This document shows, piece after piece, positions 37,501 through 50,838 of a DNA stretch of 64,000 bases. The DNA is from Massalongia carnosa (lineage: Eukaryota): positions 2,852,001 to 2,916,000 of the forward strand of contig OZ287070.1 in assembly GCA_965645245.1 (NCBI GenBank), in the 5' to 3' direction. Numbering within the stretch: the stretch's first letter is position 1; each line of letters opens with the position of its first letter. The notes under the pieces were generated by a model. That model searched no databases. It was not told where the DNA came from and worked only from the letters and a program-made list of their open reading frames with translations. The position numbers and the translations under genes are program-made.

Positions 37501-38386
37501 AAAAAGATGAAGATCCGACCTTTCCGATCCCCAAAATGCCTCTCATATCATAATACTAAGACCTTCCTGAAGCTTATCACGATCCCATTTCTGATCAGGA
37601 GTTCCAAAAGAGCAGTCACGGCCTTTGCCCGAAACCCTTCGCACAGAAGACTCATCTGACCAGATCACAGTTTTCCACTGTTCCACCGTCCAGTCCTCGT
37701 GTTTTCGTGCCCAATTCAGTCGGAGTTTTGCTAGAGCTGGAGTCAATTTAGGCCGCCTCAAGGCCATCCAATGAGCTATCCCATTGTTCTTGAGCACCTT
37801 GTTGAACGTCTGCCTACAGATCTTCAACCCCAAGGCTGTTTTGACCTGATTCCAACTTGTTTTTGGGTTGATTCGAACATACCGCAGCACGGATCTGACC
37901 GCTCGAGGGGTAACAACAGGGGGCCGGCCGCATCGGGGTCTGTTTTCTCCAGACGGAACTGTTTGTTCTCTCTGCAAAAACCTCTGAATAGTGGTGCGGG
38001 AGACGTTTAATTGATGATGAATTTCAGTGGGTGTTAAACCCGCCCGGGCGAGGCCTGATAAGTGACCTTTTGTAAACGTAGATAACTCCCTTCGGGGTCT
38101 TATTAGCAGAGATGGGGGTCAATGGGCTTCGTTTGGGCATGGTGATTGTGGGTTGAAAAGGATGAGTTTGGAGGAGACGCGATTTTTCGCGAAAATTACG
38201 CGAAATGACGAATACTTAATCATACCTACTTGTAACCCCTAAATGACTCCCTTCAATTAATTACAGTTCTTGGGGGTCATCGTGCCAGCGCTAGAAGCGA
38301 AATTACGTGTATGTTACGGTAATTGACCCCCAAATAACCCCAGACAATATGGGGGTTATTTGGGAGTCAATTCAGTAATTTGCCGA
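34567..38386 (+). mobile_element. Internally deleted Mutator-like element (MULE-B) with ~230-bp TIRs; right TIR split by a Tc1 element
   Basis: 34567-34800 is the inverted repeat of 36843-36904 plus 38232-38386. Inside are a MuDR-type N-terminal Zn domain (KCDHCDFRIRA...PHTC, about 35160-35430) joined to a C-terminus homologous to MULE-A. No TSD found. Confidence 0.8.
36909..38232 (-). mobile_element. Decayed Tc1-like DD34E transposon (transposase pseudogene about 37073-38140)
   Basis: [37 protein letters not shown] (D34E), GWHTKY; stops and frameshifts; degenerate ends, so boundaries are approximate. Confidence 0.85.
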
Positions 38387-38474
38387 TCTTAGTAATTTGA
38401 CCGTTGATTTAAATATATCACCTCTTTTATTACAAGCTTGTTGAAAACAAGCAATCTATTTATGAGCGCGTGAG

Positions 38475-39600
38475 TTATGATGATGTATTTATACTCCGAT
38501 GTCACTTGCCGTAGGCCGGCCCATACGGGCAAAGCTATCTAAGTTATATTATATGGAAACCCTTTTTAAGGTGTAAAAACTATATCCCTTGATACCTGTC
38601 TGATGCGACACCGGGTCGATGCCGGACGGGAGACGCAGAGCGAGAAGCGTGTGAGGGCTGTGACGCCTTGTGAGATGAGAAGGAAAAGAGAAGTGAGACT
38701 ACTGTTGATTGTACAACAGTGTGGATGCCAGTGTGAATTGAGTCAGTAGAACTGTTTTCATTAGCCAAGCAGTTAATATCTTCAGAGTTTTTGAAGTTTC
38801 GGTCAGCTGTTGATAGTTTTTCGTGCCAGCGGCGCGAAACATCTGTTCTCTGTTGTCAATAAGTCTGCAGAACATAATTACGTGTTCTGGAGTTTATCTA
38901 TGCCAGCCACATGGGCAGGCCTGTGAGGTGACGGCGGGGACCCGTCGCTGGTAGAGGAAGTCAGCAAAACTGATCTTACCGGTGCGAACCTATGTTGTCA
39001 CGGCGCTTTCTGCCTTTTCCAGCAGCGTGTGTATTTTTAGTCTTTTTTTGCTCAAGGGACTGATTGAGCTATGGAGGGTTTGATGACACGATTTTGATAT
39101 ACGTACCACGGGTCGTCCCAGACTTTCAGCTGTCGTATTTTCAGTATCTGCAGTTGCTTTAGACGAGCCGACGCTGCTACAGAGACTTCACGGAGATGTG
39201 CCTAGGAGGGTTCGGACCATGGTAGGTCTGCTTTAGGTGAGGTGGTTAAACGATTTTTGCGTCGATCAGCAGGTTTTTGGCCCAGGTATGCTTCAACTCG
39301 CCCGGGGGGTTATTGAATGCGTTTACGGCCTACCTTGCCTCGGAGTTTGTTTACTATTCTGCTGCATGCGGAAGAAATAATTTTCGATTGACCTCCGGCT
39401 CTGAGACGATGTCTGGCCTGTGCCTGTATCGTGTCGAGATTTGCATCTATGGGTGCTATGTATGTCTCTACTTCAAGAACTGAAGTGGGAGTAGCTTTAA
39501 AGGTGCCAGCTATAGTGCGGAGAAAGTTGTTTTGTATAATGCTAGTTGACGTTTTTGACTTTATGGGAATGTGCCATACGGTTGACCTGTATTTCATGAC
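38475..39600 (-). mobile_element. 5'-truncated non-LTR retrotransposon (Tad1-like LINE), 3' remnant
   Basis: Post-RT motif QNNFLRTIAGTFKATPTSVLEVET, then VRTGKISFADFLY and a CCHC knuckle CPCGWHR*TPEHVIMFC; CAT-repeat-like tail near 38480. Confidence 0.8.
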
Positions 39601-39727
39601 CCGCATTTGAATTATCATTTATTACATTATACATTACGATTGACACGATTTGCTTTAATCATCATGTAAAATGTTGCATTACACGATGCGATAACAGGGT
39701 TGATATCTCGTTTATAACGAGCTCGAT

Positions 39728-41470
39728 TTAATTATCCTGCTCCAGATCTTCATCCCAATGTTGAGGCTTGCCCGTCAATTTGCGATATTGCTTCGCAATA
39801 TCACCCGGTTTAGTCAAAACATATTGCTTACCCGTCTTCTTATAAGAGAAGTTCCTGATAAACTCCTCGTTAGGAAAAAGCTCTTTGGCTATCATTGCAT
39901 CTCGCGCGTTGATGCTTTTTCGTCTTTTACGAATGACTTTTAACAACTCTGTTTGACTCATACGTTCCATATTTCCCGTCTTTTTCGCACGTCGCATATG
40001 TGCATTCCAAAAATCCTCTTTATTTGCGTAATTGCGTCGATTCTGCATGATTGTCATGGAATTACCTCGCACCCTCCCACGTTTCCTGATCGGGTTAGTA
40101 TTTAACAGGCTCTCTTGCCGTGAAACCTGCCCTGCATGTTGAATAGAACCGTGGCCCGTTATTCCGAACTATCCTGAAACCTCGCCCCATGTGTTCAGAC
40201 GTTCTTCCGCTGCCTTCAGTGCACTCCCAAACTCCTATATCCCGAATCCAATCTCAACGTCTCCACTATCCAAGCCTACGACTGGGATTGCCCAGCAGAG
40301 AGAGATTGCTTCGGCATGGAGAAAGGCGGAACAGGTCAAAGCGATCATGGTTAGGAAATTAGAACAGGAACAGAGATGAGGGCAAGTCAAGAATGGGGAG
40401 TTGGAAGCCATGGCTATAAAACCTATGTGGTTTCTCAGGTGTTTGGAGCTCTTCGTCGGACGTCTTGTATACTATCCCTAGACCTAGCTTTCTAAATAGT
40501 AACTCTTGTATATCTCCCTATCTGGACCTTGTCCGTGACAATGATACACTTTATTTCGTTTCAAAAGTATTCTTTAATAAAGTACTCGTCAATAAACATA
40601 CCTTCCAATTGCTATAATGTCAGTTGATAAGAGTCCATGTTTCTGACGTATGACCTTTGTATAACGTTCCCCAATAACGTACAGGTACGCTGACACCTCT
40701 CACATACACTTGCGCGGATGTTTCATCCTCCCAATCGTTAAACAACGCGCTCATATTTTCAGCACATTTGACATGCGGAGGAGCAGGCAAATTATTAATC
40801 GCGAAGGTCACTTGGCCGTGTGGCATGACAATCGTTGTTGTTTTCTTTTTCTTCGTTTGTGATGAGATCGCTGCATCTGCTGTTTGAGAATTTGCTCGTT
40901 TAGAACGAGACAAGGGTGCTAATGTTCCCGATTTGCCAGCTGTTGCTTCCTGCACAATTCTTTGAATTGTTTCTTCTAAGTTATCTGTAGCTTTATCTGA
41001 TGGACTAATGTAATGATGATGATGATAAGTGATCAATTGTTGTTTGCTCGTACTAGATAATAGAGTTTCTATACGAGAAAAGACTGGTCGAGATTCATTT
41101 CTTGAAACGAGCTCTTTGGAAATAAACGGATCACTATCATTGAGAACGAATGTGATAAAAGGTCGAGAAGGAGATAAAGCAGTATTAGAATTTGTCACAG
41201 AATCTGATATAGTGGTTGCATTCAGTCCAGCGGTAGTGGCTAATCTATGTAAGTAATTGTCTTCGATTAAGTCTAGCTCGTTATAACATACCGATCAGAC
41301 GAGCATCTTCCTTTTGTTCAATCATTGTTTTTTCACCCGCAAGATAATATCTAGGAGCAAATGCTACCATTGCTTCTCTTTGCTCAGAAGTACGAAAATC
41401 GTCCTCAGCGCGATCGTTACTAATAAGACATTTTCTAACAGCGTCTTGCACGAGGAGATTTCCTCGACCT
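39728..41470 (-). pseudogene. Spliced gene of unknown function (gene A), divergent from the YR-like gene; interrupted by a solo LTR
   Basis: ORF pieces 40620-41198 and 39728-40046 (DWED..GVSVPVRYWGTLY..W; FW..; FSYKKTGKQYVL..IAKQYR); GTATGT donors near 41291 and 40601; a stop at 40620. Confidence 0.6.
40052..40540 (+). mobile_element. Solo LTR (489 bp)
   Basis: TGTCATGG...CCGTGACA termini; TSD ATGAT at 40047-40051 and 40541-40545; TATAAAA near 40415. Confidence 0.9.
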
Positions 41471-42033
41471 GGAAATTATTTCTTGATTTTAAGAGGCATA
41501 TTTCGATTGAAAAGAGTAAGTTCACGACGAGTTTTAATATAACAAACGTTATCAAATAAATAAGTTGACGAAAAAAATTAACAATCATGTCGTTGGCTTA
41601 AAACAAATGTTTGCTTGCAAGAACAAGCGTTGTTTCTTAGTGTCAAATATTTTCACATTTCTTATGTTACACGTCGAGCTCGTTTCTTCCTTGTTTATTT
41701 ATCACGTTTTGATTATCAATTATTTTTAAATTTCGAGACCCTCAATATGAACTCGTCACAGCAAGAGGATTTTGTGTTGTCTTCTGATTTTCAGTCTATA
41801 ATTGATGCACAACTAGATGAATTAGATCAAGACGAAATAAACGAAGATTTTCAAGAACAAAGCTCAACAACAGCTGCGGAAGAGGATTTAGATTCTGAAA
41901 ACCATATCGATTTACCTTTAGATATGCTACGCAAAGCTTCTGAGGGTGCTCATGCCAAAAGTACACTGGCGGGATACAAAGGGTATTATTCTTTATGAAT
42001 ATGCTCTTTAATAAAGAGCACGTTTAAACTATA

Positions 42034-44597
42034 ATCGTCGGCTCGCTTACCTCCGGGATCCGACCTGAAAAAATGTCGACCGCATTTTAGTCGGGGAAAG
42101 CGGTTGCATCCCGGAAAGCGGTTGCATCCCCCCAAATTCAAATTTCTTCATCTTTTTAATCATTGACCAACAACCACATTGATTAAAAATCAGCCGATAC
42201 CGTACATAGCTTGAAAATCATCGCCGTCATCATCACCGTCGTCAAAATCATTGCCCTTGACTCCCCTGACCCCCTGACCCTCGTGATTCTCCGCTTACTC
42301 CGCATACCCCGCATACCCCGCATTCTAACAATCATTCGCATCTCCTGGTTGAAAAGATGCTTCCGAATCGAATTCTTTCAATGATTCTTCCAAATCGAAA
42401 GATACGAAATCCTCTCGTAGCCATGTTTCTCCTTCTGGAAGATCTGGAAGGATTGAATTATCTCCATGACCAGTGCTATCTACGATAAACGTGACATCTT
42501 CCTCATTGACATTGGCACGCGGATTCTTTCTAATTTCCTTCTTCGCTTCCTCAGCTATCCATACCTCATTCGTGGCCTTCCATAATGCCTCGGGGTCAGG
42601 AATCTTCTCATACATCTTAATTGGAATGGGACCGAGCATTTTCTGCATTTCTTTCAGCTGTTTAACTCGATCTCTTTCTGCTTTTCGAGCAGCCAATCCC
42701 TTGACATGCATTTCGTCTCTTTCTATTCGCCATAGCTTCATGAAGCTATTATTCGCTCGTTTCTCCTCAGCCTCTTGATCCTGTTGTAGTCTGATGGCTA
42801 TAGCCTGCTTTGCATCTTCCGCTGTGATTCCCAATCTTCCGGTTTCTGGTCTCAGACGTTTACGAGACATTCGTCTGTTATTTAACTGACTTCTTCTTGA
42901 TTCTCGATGCATTTCCAGCTCCATGCCATCGATAATTGCATTCGAAACAACTTCATTTGTATTGTCTACAAATGAGTCCCATTCCTCAGCCCGAGCGGGA
43001 TCACTCCATTGCATGGATTTTCTGATTTTCGGTCCCCATTGACTCAAACCATACTCAATGTCAGCTACTTTTGTCGGTTGGATTTGACGAGGTAGGGGTA
43101 GAGGTAATGAGGGCTCATTATTCAGACTGTTTAATGAATCATTGGGATCATTGGGATTGAAATTTTTCAGCTGACGAATGCATGCCTTTGGATCAATCGG
43201 CCACATTCCCGACTTTTCAAATGCATGCCGAATCGTAGAAGTCTTGAATGTATGATTTCTGATTTTAGTCAAGTCCTGTATAAATTGAGACAGAGAATAC
43301 TCGACAAATGACGACGCAACGACTTCCTCAATAGCTTTGCAATGCCAATGCTTATAAGGCTGAAATACGCCCACATCCAATGGTTGCATGCAATGAGTTA
43401 AATGCGGTATAAAGGGAAAGGGTCGAATGCGATTCTCATTGGCCAAAAGTGAAAATTCAGGGGTTGTATGACTGCCATGATTATCCATCAGCAATAATTG
43501 CCATTCCGCATCAGGTCCTGCATTTGTATGTTTGATAAGATGCTTCAAATATTCAATTGCTATCTTATCAGATGTAAAACCACTGTTCGAGGGCACGACA
43601 TACGTGCCCTCGGGCACACCTTCTAAAAACCATGTGGCCATGATGTCATGACCCTGTACGATGATCATTAGAGGGGGGGGATAGTCGCCGGCAGCATTGA
43701 TAGTCTCAATAACTGTCGCAGATATGCGATTTTCCGGGCTGACGGCGTAGAATTGTTTGATTTCCTCAGGAACAATAATTTCCTGACCCCTCATGCATCC
43801 AACCCGAAAACCAGCTTCATCAAAGTTCAAAATGTTCCGACTTTTTCGAATTTTCAACTCTTTTAACACCTCTCTATACCTTTCAAACCATTCTATCACA
43901 TCTGATTCTTGGGCAGCTTCATAACGAATCATTGCTAGTGGTTTTGTCTTTATTTTATGAAGTTTGTTACATTTCCACCAGCTCCGAAACCATCTTCTTG
44001 ACGGGCCTACCTCGAGGGGGTTATGGGCCTTTTTCAGACTTACAATAGCCTTGAAAACCATCTGTTGTGTAGGAATAATTCCATGCATCAATAAGGACTT
44101 AATAAAGCCAGTAATTGACCTTGCCTCATGCTCCCTCAGTATCTGATTTTGTCCTCCATTTTTCCTCCCTTCTGGTCGACGAATGGAAGACGTCAAAGTT
44201 TTGACGTTGATATTGTAGATTCTAGCTGCAGTCGTTTTACTTTCTTTGGGATGATTTGTCAGAAATTCCTTCGCCTTTTCCAATCTTTCCATGGGGTTGA
44301 GAGTGGAGACAAGGGAGGCGTCGTTATCCATGATACGAAAGGGGAGATTGGTTTGGGGGATTGATTCGAGAGGAAAGAATTTGAATTGATGATCAGTTGG
44401 GTCGGAGAAATAATTTTCAAGCTAAGTACGGTATCAGCTGATTTTTAATCAATGTGGTTGTTGGTCAATAATCAAAAAGGTGAAGAAATTTGAATTTGGG
44501 GGGATGCAACCGCTTTCCGGGATGCAACCGCTTTCCCCGACTAAAATGCGGTCGACATTTTTTCAAGTCGGATCCCGGAGGTAAGCGAGCCGACGAT
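42034..44597 (-). mobile_element. Fot1/pogo-like DNA transposon (pogo-2) inside intron 1 of the YR-like gene
   Basis: About 185-bp imperfect TIRs (42034-42218 and 44413-44597); TA TSD at 42032-42033 and 44598-44599. Confidence 0.95.
42325..44331 (-). CDS. pogo/Fot1 transposase (DD35D), intact
   Basis: 668 aa; NFDEAGF, LMDNHGSH, QPLDVG. Confidence 0.94.
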   Translation of the reverse strand: MDNDASLVSTLNPMERLEKAKEFLTNHPKESKTTAARIYNINVKTLTSSIRRPEGRKNGGQNQILREHEARSITGFIKSLLMHGIIPTQQMVFKAIVSLKKAHNPLEVGPSRRWFRSWWKCNKLHKIKTKPLAMIRYEAAQESDVIEWFERYREVLKELKIRKSRNILNFDEAGFRVGCMRGQEIIVPEEIKQFYAVSPENRISATVIETINAAGDYPPPLMIIVQGHDIMATWFLEGVPEGTYVVPSNSGFTSDKIAIEYLKHLIKHTNAGPDAEWQLLLMDNHGSHTTPEFSLLANENRIRPFPFIPHLTHCMQPLDVGVFQPYKHWHCKAIEEVVASSFVEYSLSQFIQDLTKIRNHTFKTSTIRHAFEKSGMWPIDPKACIRQLKNFNPNDPNDSLNSLNNEPSLPLPLPRQIQPTKVADIEYGLSQWGPKIRKSMQWSDPARAEEWDSFVDNTNEVVSNAIIDGMELEMHRESRRSQLNNRRMSRKRLRPETGRLGITAEDAKQAIAIRLQQDQEAEEKRANNSFMKLWRIERDEMHVKGLAARKAERDRVKQLKEMQKMLGPIPIKMYEKIPDPEALWKATNEVWIAEEAKKEIRKNPRANVNEEDVTFIVDSTGHGDNSILPDLPEGETWLREDFVSFDLEESLKEFDSEASFQPGDANDC

Positions 44598-44915
44598 TAG
44601 AGCATCTGTTAATAAATGAATATAGTCAATGGAAGATGTTTTCATCCTGGGTCAAGGATAATTTTTCTAAACATGAGATATCTGTGTTATATCCAGACAA
44701 AAATACTCCATATTTGATAGCTTATTGGACTTATCAAAATTGTAATACTCCTGAATCTGTTGAGTAAATGCATTATTCTTATATATTAATGAGCTCGTTT
44801 TTAATGAACCTGTTAGTAATAAAAACTCAATACTTGCTATTCCTCAAGATAAGTCATGGTCACATGCATATAAAATGCGCTCCGTATGCAATTAGAGGTA
44901 TGCACACAGCATAGA

Positions 44916-45309
44916 TGTCAAGGAATGGGCAGGGGATTGAACTAATGTTCCTAGGAATTGGATTGGGTGATCAAGATGTCTTTATTAATAAGGCTATAGC
45001 TAGGTGATGGATTGCTATACAAGACGTCGGACAAGGAGTCAACTATCTAATTAACTTGTCCTTCCTTTTATATTTGTCTCGAACCCCTTTGCATGAAGAT
45101 TCGATCAGTATTCATCTCCCCCTATTAGGAGACGTACGGCACGAAGGTTTGACGAGGTGTTTCACGATAAAAGGTGGAGATGAGGTTCTCCTGTCGTTGG
45201 TACGCTTTGATGGTGATGGTACAGCTTTGACCTGAAGCCGTTGAGAGGGGTCTAAACTCGATTTAGTTAATGAGATTCAGACTAAGCTGAATAGAGGAAC
45301 GGGAGCTTA
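44916..45309 (-). mobile_element. Truncated Gypsy-2-family LTR (inverted copy; first ~50 bp missing)
   Basis: Near-identical reverse complement of about 17899-18292; it stops at the AcademH-like TIR. Confidence 0.93.
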
Positions 45310-45924
45310 GTTGCCTCAGTACCTCAGACGTGCGTGGCTCTATGAGCCGGCTAAGCCCCTCCGGGTTAGCCTATTTTCGCTAAGCCCCTTCGGGTTAGCG
45401 TCGCTAATTCCCTTCGGGTTAGCGGCCCTTTAGCTGACTACGCATGCTACGGGCGGCACGTCTGAGCGCAAAACTCTGTATTTTTGTCAGATCCGGCTTA
45501 TTTTGGTGCGCGCTCATACAAATTTTTGGCTTAACCTCAAAAATCATCAAGAATCAAGTTGACGGCGGAATCAACAACGCGCAACGACATTTCATAAATT
45601 ATGTAATAATAGAAATGATGCTTTGATATACATTCTATCGATTAATCAATATTTTAATTACATATCGATGCAAAATTGAGTCGCAATATCGATCTCGCGA
45701 CGAGGACTCGACTTTGACTCGAAATTTCGACACCACCACAGCAGACTCAACGGGTCACTAGCTCCAGTTTTTCATTGTCGGCGCTTCTGATCATTAATCT
45801 GATCCTCCGAGCGTTGTTTTCGAAAGCCTAAAATCGTTGAATGTGATGAACTTGCTTGATGTGCGTTTTGCGGGCTAAGAATCCAACTCGCGAATCGTCG
45901 AATATCGCTCGCGAACACATCGAA

Positions 45925-48100
45925 ATGGACGATCCTATAGCGTCGATAACTCGCGAGCAGGTGACGACCGTGATTTTAAGTAAATTCGGCTTTTATCCAA
46001 AGAATGAGCAAGTTGACGCTATCATGACTTTAGCACAAGATCAAAAGGATCTGATTTTTATCGCCAAGACTGGATTTGGAAAGAGTATTGTCTTTCAAGC
46101 TATGCCATTAATGTTCTCTTGTCTTAAGATCGCTTTAATTATCATGCCTCTCAAGACCTTAGAAGCTCAACAGTGCAAGAAATTGAGCGTTATCGAGGGA
46201 TGCAAGCCTTTCGTGTTGGACGGTGATAGTAATAATTCTTCTAATTTAAAGTTAATTCGTGAAAACAATTATACGCATGGTGTGTATTCAAATTATGATT
46301 GAGATAAATATAAAAACTTACTCGTTAATATGAATAGTTTTTACTAGCCCAGAGATAGCGACGTCAAAGCTGTTTAATCAGGAGGTTCTGAGGCATCCAA
46401 GTTTCTTCTTGAATTTATGTCTTTTAGCTCTTGATGAGATGCATCTTGTATCCGAATGGCGAGATTTCCGGCCCGAATACTTCAATCTCGGTGTGCTTCG
46501 TACACGATTACCAGATGGTATTCCTTTTCTGGGTGCGTCTGCAACGCTGGATCCAAGAACCCTAGAGAGCGTTAAAGATCGCTGTGGCTTTGATAACGAA
46601 AGTACTGTTATTCAAACAGCGCTTGATCGTCCAGAGATATACATACAGACAAGCAGTCTACAGCGGCCTATGAACAGCATGATCGATCTTCAACATCTTT
46701 TACCAACACGGGCTGAGAGTCCTTTTGATATTCCGAAAACGATTATCTTCATGGATTCAATTTCATCTATCAAAAAGGCGTGTGCGCTAATGAAAGTATG
46801 GATGAATCAATTGTCCTATCCAATTGAGGCTGCTAGTTGGGTCGCGCCTTTCTTTTCCGACATGGCCACCCAAGACAAAGAAAGGATTGCGGCTCGCTTC
46901 GAAATGCCCTCGAATCAATGTAAATTTCCTCGAATCCTGATCGCAACGGATGCATACGGGCTTGGTATTGATAATCCAGACGTTATGAGAGTTACGCAAT
47001 GGCTGCTACCCTCGTCAATGGCGAAGCTATACCAACGTTTAGGTCGTGCTTTGCGTTGCAGTCGAGGACAGGCGCATTTTACTCTTTTGCATCCTTCTTG
47101 GTGCATGGGTCCAAGAAGCGGATCAAAAATGGACGAACAGGACGGATATGACGCGGGAATCGAGATTGAATCCAAGGCCAGTAAACGCCGCATCAATCAA
47201 AAGGATGCTGATCGGCGACGAGATATGCCACCGGGTCTTTGGGAGATAATCAATGTGCCTTCAGATGGTTGCGTTCGAGGTATTGGCTTGAATTTCTTCA
47301 ATGATAAAGTGTATCCAACGTCGGCCTATGTTAAGCCGCAACCTTGCTGTTCAATTTGCGATCCAAGTTTTCAGACATCAACAGCCGCCAATGAGATGTT
47401 AAATAGAACGGCCGAGCGTGACTCGTCTAGGCGGCCTTGGTTCACCCTTAAACTTCGAGAATGGAGGGAGGCCAAGGCGCAGGAAAAGTTCCCAAATTCA
47501 CATATGCGATACTTCCCATCATTGATAATGCCCGATGAGGTACTGAATTCTTTGACCACTTGGGCGGATCAGATTGTGGACGAGCCCACCATGCGGCGAT
47601 GGATTGGTAACACATGGACTGGTATTAGGCCCTACGGCGCCGAGCTTTTAGAAATTTTAAAGCGGGGTCAAGCAATGAGATTAGACGAGGGAGACATGTT
47701 CGAGGAATGGAAACGACACAACGACATAAAGAGAAAACGATTACCCAGCCTAACATGCAACTCCGCCAGTATTGAATTTGAGGAACGGAGGAAAAACTGG
47801 ATGATCAAACAAGGATATATGTCGAGAAAGGTTTTTAAAAAGCGAAATGCGGTCAAGAAGAAAGTCTCGAAGGAAAGCGAGAGCACGGAGCCATCGGGCG
47901 AGAATCCTGCGCCTAATCACAATATCTCCGATGCGGCGCTCGTTGTTGACAATGTTGATGCTCTTAAATCATCGATGAAGGCATCAAAGACCAAAAAAGC
48001 GCCTCGAGATCCTATGGAAGCGTTGTCGCTGAATGTACCCATGGCCCTTCCTCCGACACGATCTAGACAAGAAAGAAAGTGCCCCGTCCGCTACCTCTGA
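45925..48100 (+). CDS. RecQ-like SF2 helicase, about 705 aa (intron 46280-46337)
   Basis: AKTGFGKS, IMPLKTL, FTSPE (created by splicing), DEMH, SAT, ATDAYGLGID, QRLGRALR, a Cys cluster (CVR..CCSIC) and an HRDC-like LREWR segment. Confidence 0.9.
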
Positions 48101-48159
48101 CTCTGTAAAGCCGCGCGGCGCGGATTTACATGACTAGGCTATCTCGTGGTATCGATGAT

Positions 48160-50838
48160 TTAATCAAAAAACATACCGCCGGATATCTCGAGACGGGCCA
48201 TTGAAATGACAGGGCTGTCGGGGACCTGCTTTGTTTCATTGACAAAATCGGGCTCGGCTTCATACTTACCCTCAAGGTCGTCTGTTGAAATTTCTTTTGA
48301 AATTTCTTCGGAAAGATACTGCTGATTGTATTTTAATACATTTTCTCCAAGTTTCTTCAATCCCTCAACATAAAGATTAGCTGTTGGATTAGTTGAAAAT
48401 CGATCATAGCTTCTTTTACAGAGTGATTTATGCGCTAGTGCCGTAGCCATGCCCCACACATCCTCTGCGGCCGATTTTGCTGGATGCCTTGAAGAGTTGA
48501 CTCTTCCAAAGTAAAACTCAACGATTTCTTTGAGCTTCATAAGATATGGACCGTTGAGTGCCCAGTTCTCGAGCAAGGTGTCACTATACTTTGAAAAATA
48601 AGATCGCTCGTGCTGGAACGTCTTGAGGTTATTGTTTAGTATCTCTAAAAGCCGATCAGTCTCAAAACTCGATTCTTCGTCACCGCGTAAATTGACAAGA
48701 CTATTCATTAAAATACTTTCCTGTAGCCTTATGGTCGCTGCGGAAGAATCAATCGCATGAAGGGTGTATAGAAGAGCTTGCGCATATTTCGGGGTGCCAG
48801 CTACGCTTGCCTGAAAGATCACCGTTGCGTGGCGCAATGCGTGACGAAGTAGTCCAATATCCGCATATTTGATTGCGTATCGAAGTGTTAGATACGATTC
48901 AACGTGATCACAGAAGTTCTGATGATTCTGAAATTGTTGATCAAGCGTTGGAGGAAGCATATCTATTGACGTTGAGGGTAATTCCGCGTGAAGTTTGCGA
49001 GATATCCTGCCCAACATATTCATCCAGGTGCCATCCTGCCCGCAAGTCTGCGCTGTGAGCCACGAAATAGTTGCTTCGATTCGCTGCGGAGCATATCCAT
49101 CCTTTCGTAAAAACCTAATCCACGTCCCAACGATTCTAGCTTGATAGCTCTGAATGATCAGATCCTCTAAGGCCTGGAAATCGTTCGGCTGCACGACACG
49201 AGCGCGGCCCCACCGATCGGCGGCATATTGAAGAGTCGAAGGATCAACCGGCTGGGCCTCTCCCCAATGTATTTTATGAATAAGCTGCAGCATGTTAAAG
49301 CGAAGATGCCATAACCCTAATCCCGGTAAAATCCAGTCGAACCGATCGAAAGATTGCTCCGATATCCCACGACGTAATTCCTTGACAGATTGCATTCTCG
49401 ACCATGTCTTGAGGTCACCATAGATAAGCCGAATGACGCTCGCAAACGTCGAGTCATCCTCCTTGAACTTGAACTGTCGCACAAATATATCCTCCAATAT
49501 TTGAATATTATTAGATGTTGTGCTCTCATCCTTCATGACTGGTTTGATAGGAATGTAATTGGTCTTGTATTTTTTCATCTTATTCAGCACGGGCATTGCA
49601 GTCGACCAAGGAAGTTGAACGTCGCCGATCTCTGGGCCATATAGCGCTCGAATCGCTGACTCTAGATGATGAAGACGAATCTAGGTACGCGGTGCATTAG
49701 CGATTGAGCGCGGTATATACACCTCGTCCTGTATTGAACTCACCTGCATCTCGAGATCACCAGTCTCCAGCTTTCGCGCAATTCTTTCAGCTGATAAAAG
49801 ATGCGTGGCGGGGCGCCACATATCCTGCCTCAAAGCGCCGGCATCGAATCCTTGCCCCTGGAAAATTAGAGCGGTAGTGATTGATCTGACGTCTCTATTA
49901 TCCCCCGTGCGCTCTCCTCGTTTACCTTCTGCGAAGTCAAAGTTATCGTATGTCAAGATCATGTTTGAGCCTTGTCCTAGCATCTGAACCTTTCGTTCGG
50001 CCTCCTTAATCAAGGACAACATGCGCCGCTGCAGGGTAGTATATGACATCGTCAGGTCAAAATGACAGAGTGTATCTAGAACTCGCCGCCTCGCCCCACC
50101 TTGATAAATATAAAGGCCTAAGACGGACTGAATATTGGTCGCCTTATTTGGTCGCAATTTGTGACAAAGCATTGCCAATATAACGGTGTGCCGGCCGCTG
50201 GGAGAATCCAACGTCACATCGAGAGCTTCCTGCGGGCGAGCCTCGCGACAAACACTATCAATTAGCTCAAGCCATCGTGGCGCCAACTGCTTGGCGGCAG
50301 ATGCAGCAAGTTTAATAGCCTCCAAGGTCCCAAACTCGACTGTCGCAGAGGGCGGCTGGAAAGGGCCAAAGGCTGCGTGATCTGCCAAAGCTTTGATTTC
50401 TTCACGAAGCACATCCGCGGCCCAAACCCATCCTCTCTCGCGAAGGATAGTGGATATTCTACCAGGCCCAATGAGGCTTGAAAAGTCTTCTTGCCGCACA
50501 ATATCGACATAGACAAAATCGAAGAGCTGGCCTTGCGCCTTTCGCATACTATGACGGGCTCGATTCTTACAAAGTGTTGATAAAAAATCTTTTACCGACC
50601 AATTTAGAGAGCTCAGAAATTTAAGCACCTCAACCAGCTTGTCGTAATCTGATATGCGCCGGCGGTGGCGTTTCGCGCCTCCATTTTTTTCAGGTAAGGC
50701 AGGAGGGGAGGAGGAAGAGGGTGAGCTATCATTACTGCCTGACGGCGATGGGTGGGGCCGCTTGAGCGCACCGGCGGGAGTCAAGGGACTTGTCCGTAGG
50801 TCGGTAAGTGGCGAGGAGGGGCCCCCGACAAGAGCCAT
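48160..50838 (-). CDS. Academ-type DDE transposase, about 871 aa (intron 49681-49743)
   Basis: A GTGAGT..GCTAAT..TAG intron joins the two ORFs in frame. Motifs TYDNFDF, IYGDLKT, LGLWHLRFN and ETDRLLE are candidate D, D, H and E. Confidence 0.8.

Noticed and set aside
45925..48100. Host RecQ/SGS1 gene
   Set aside because: It is enclosed by TIRs with a transposase-like partner and lacks the long N-terminus of SGS1; better explained as element-encoded.
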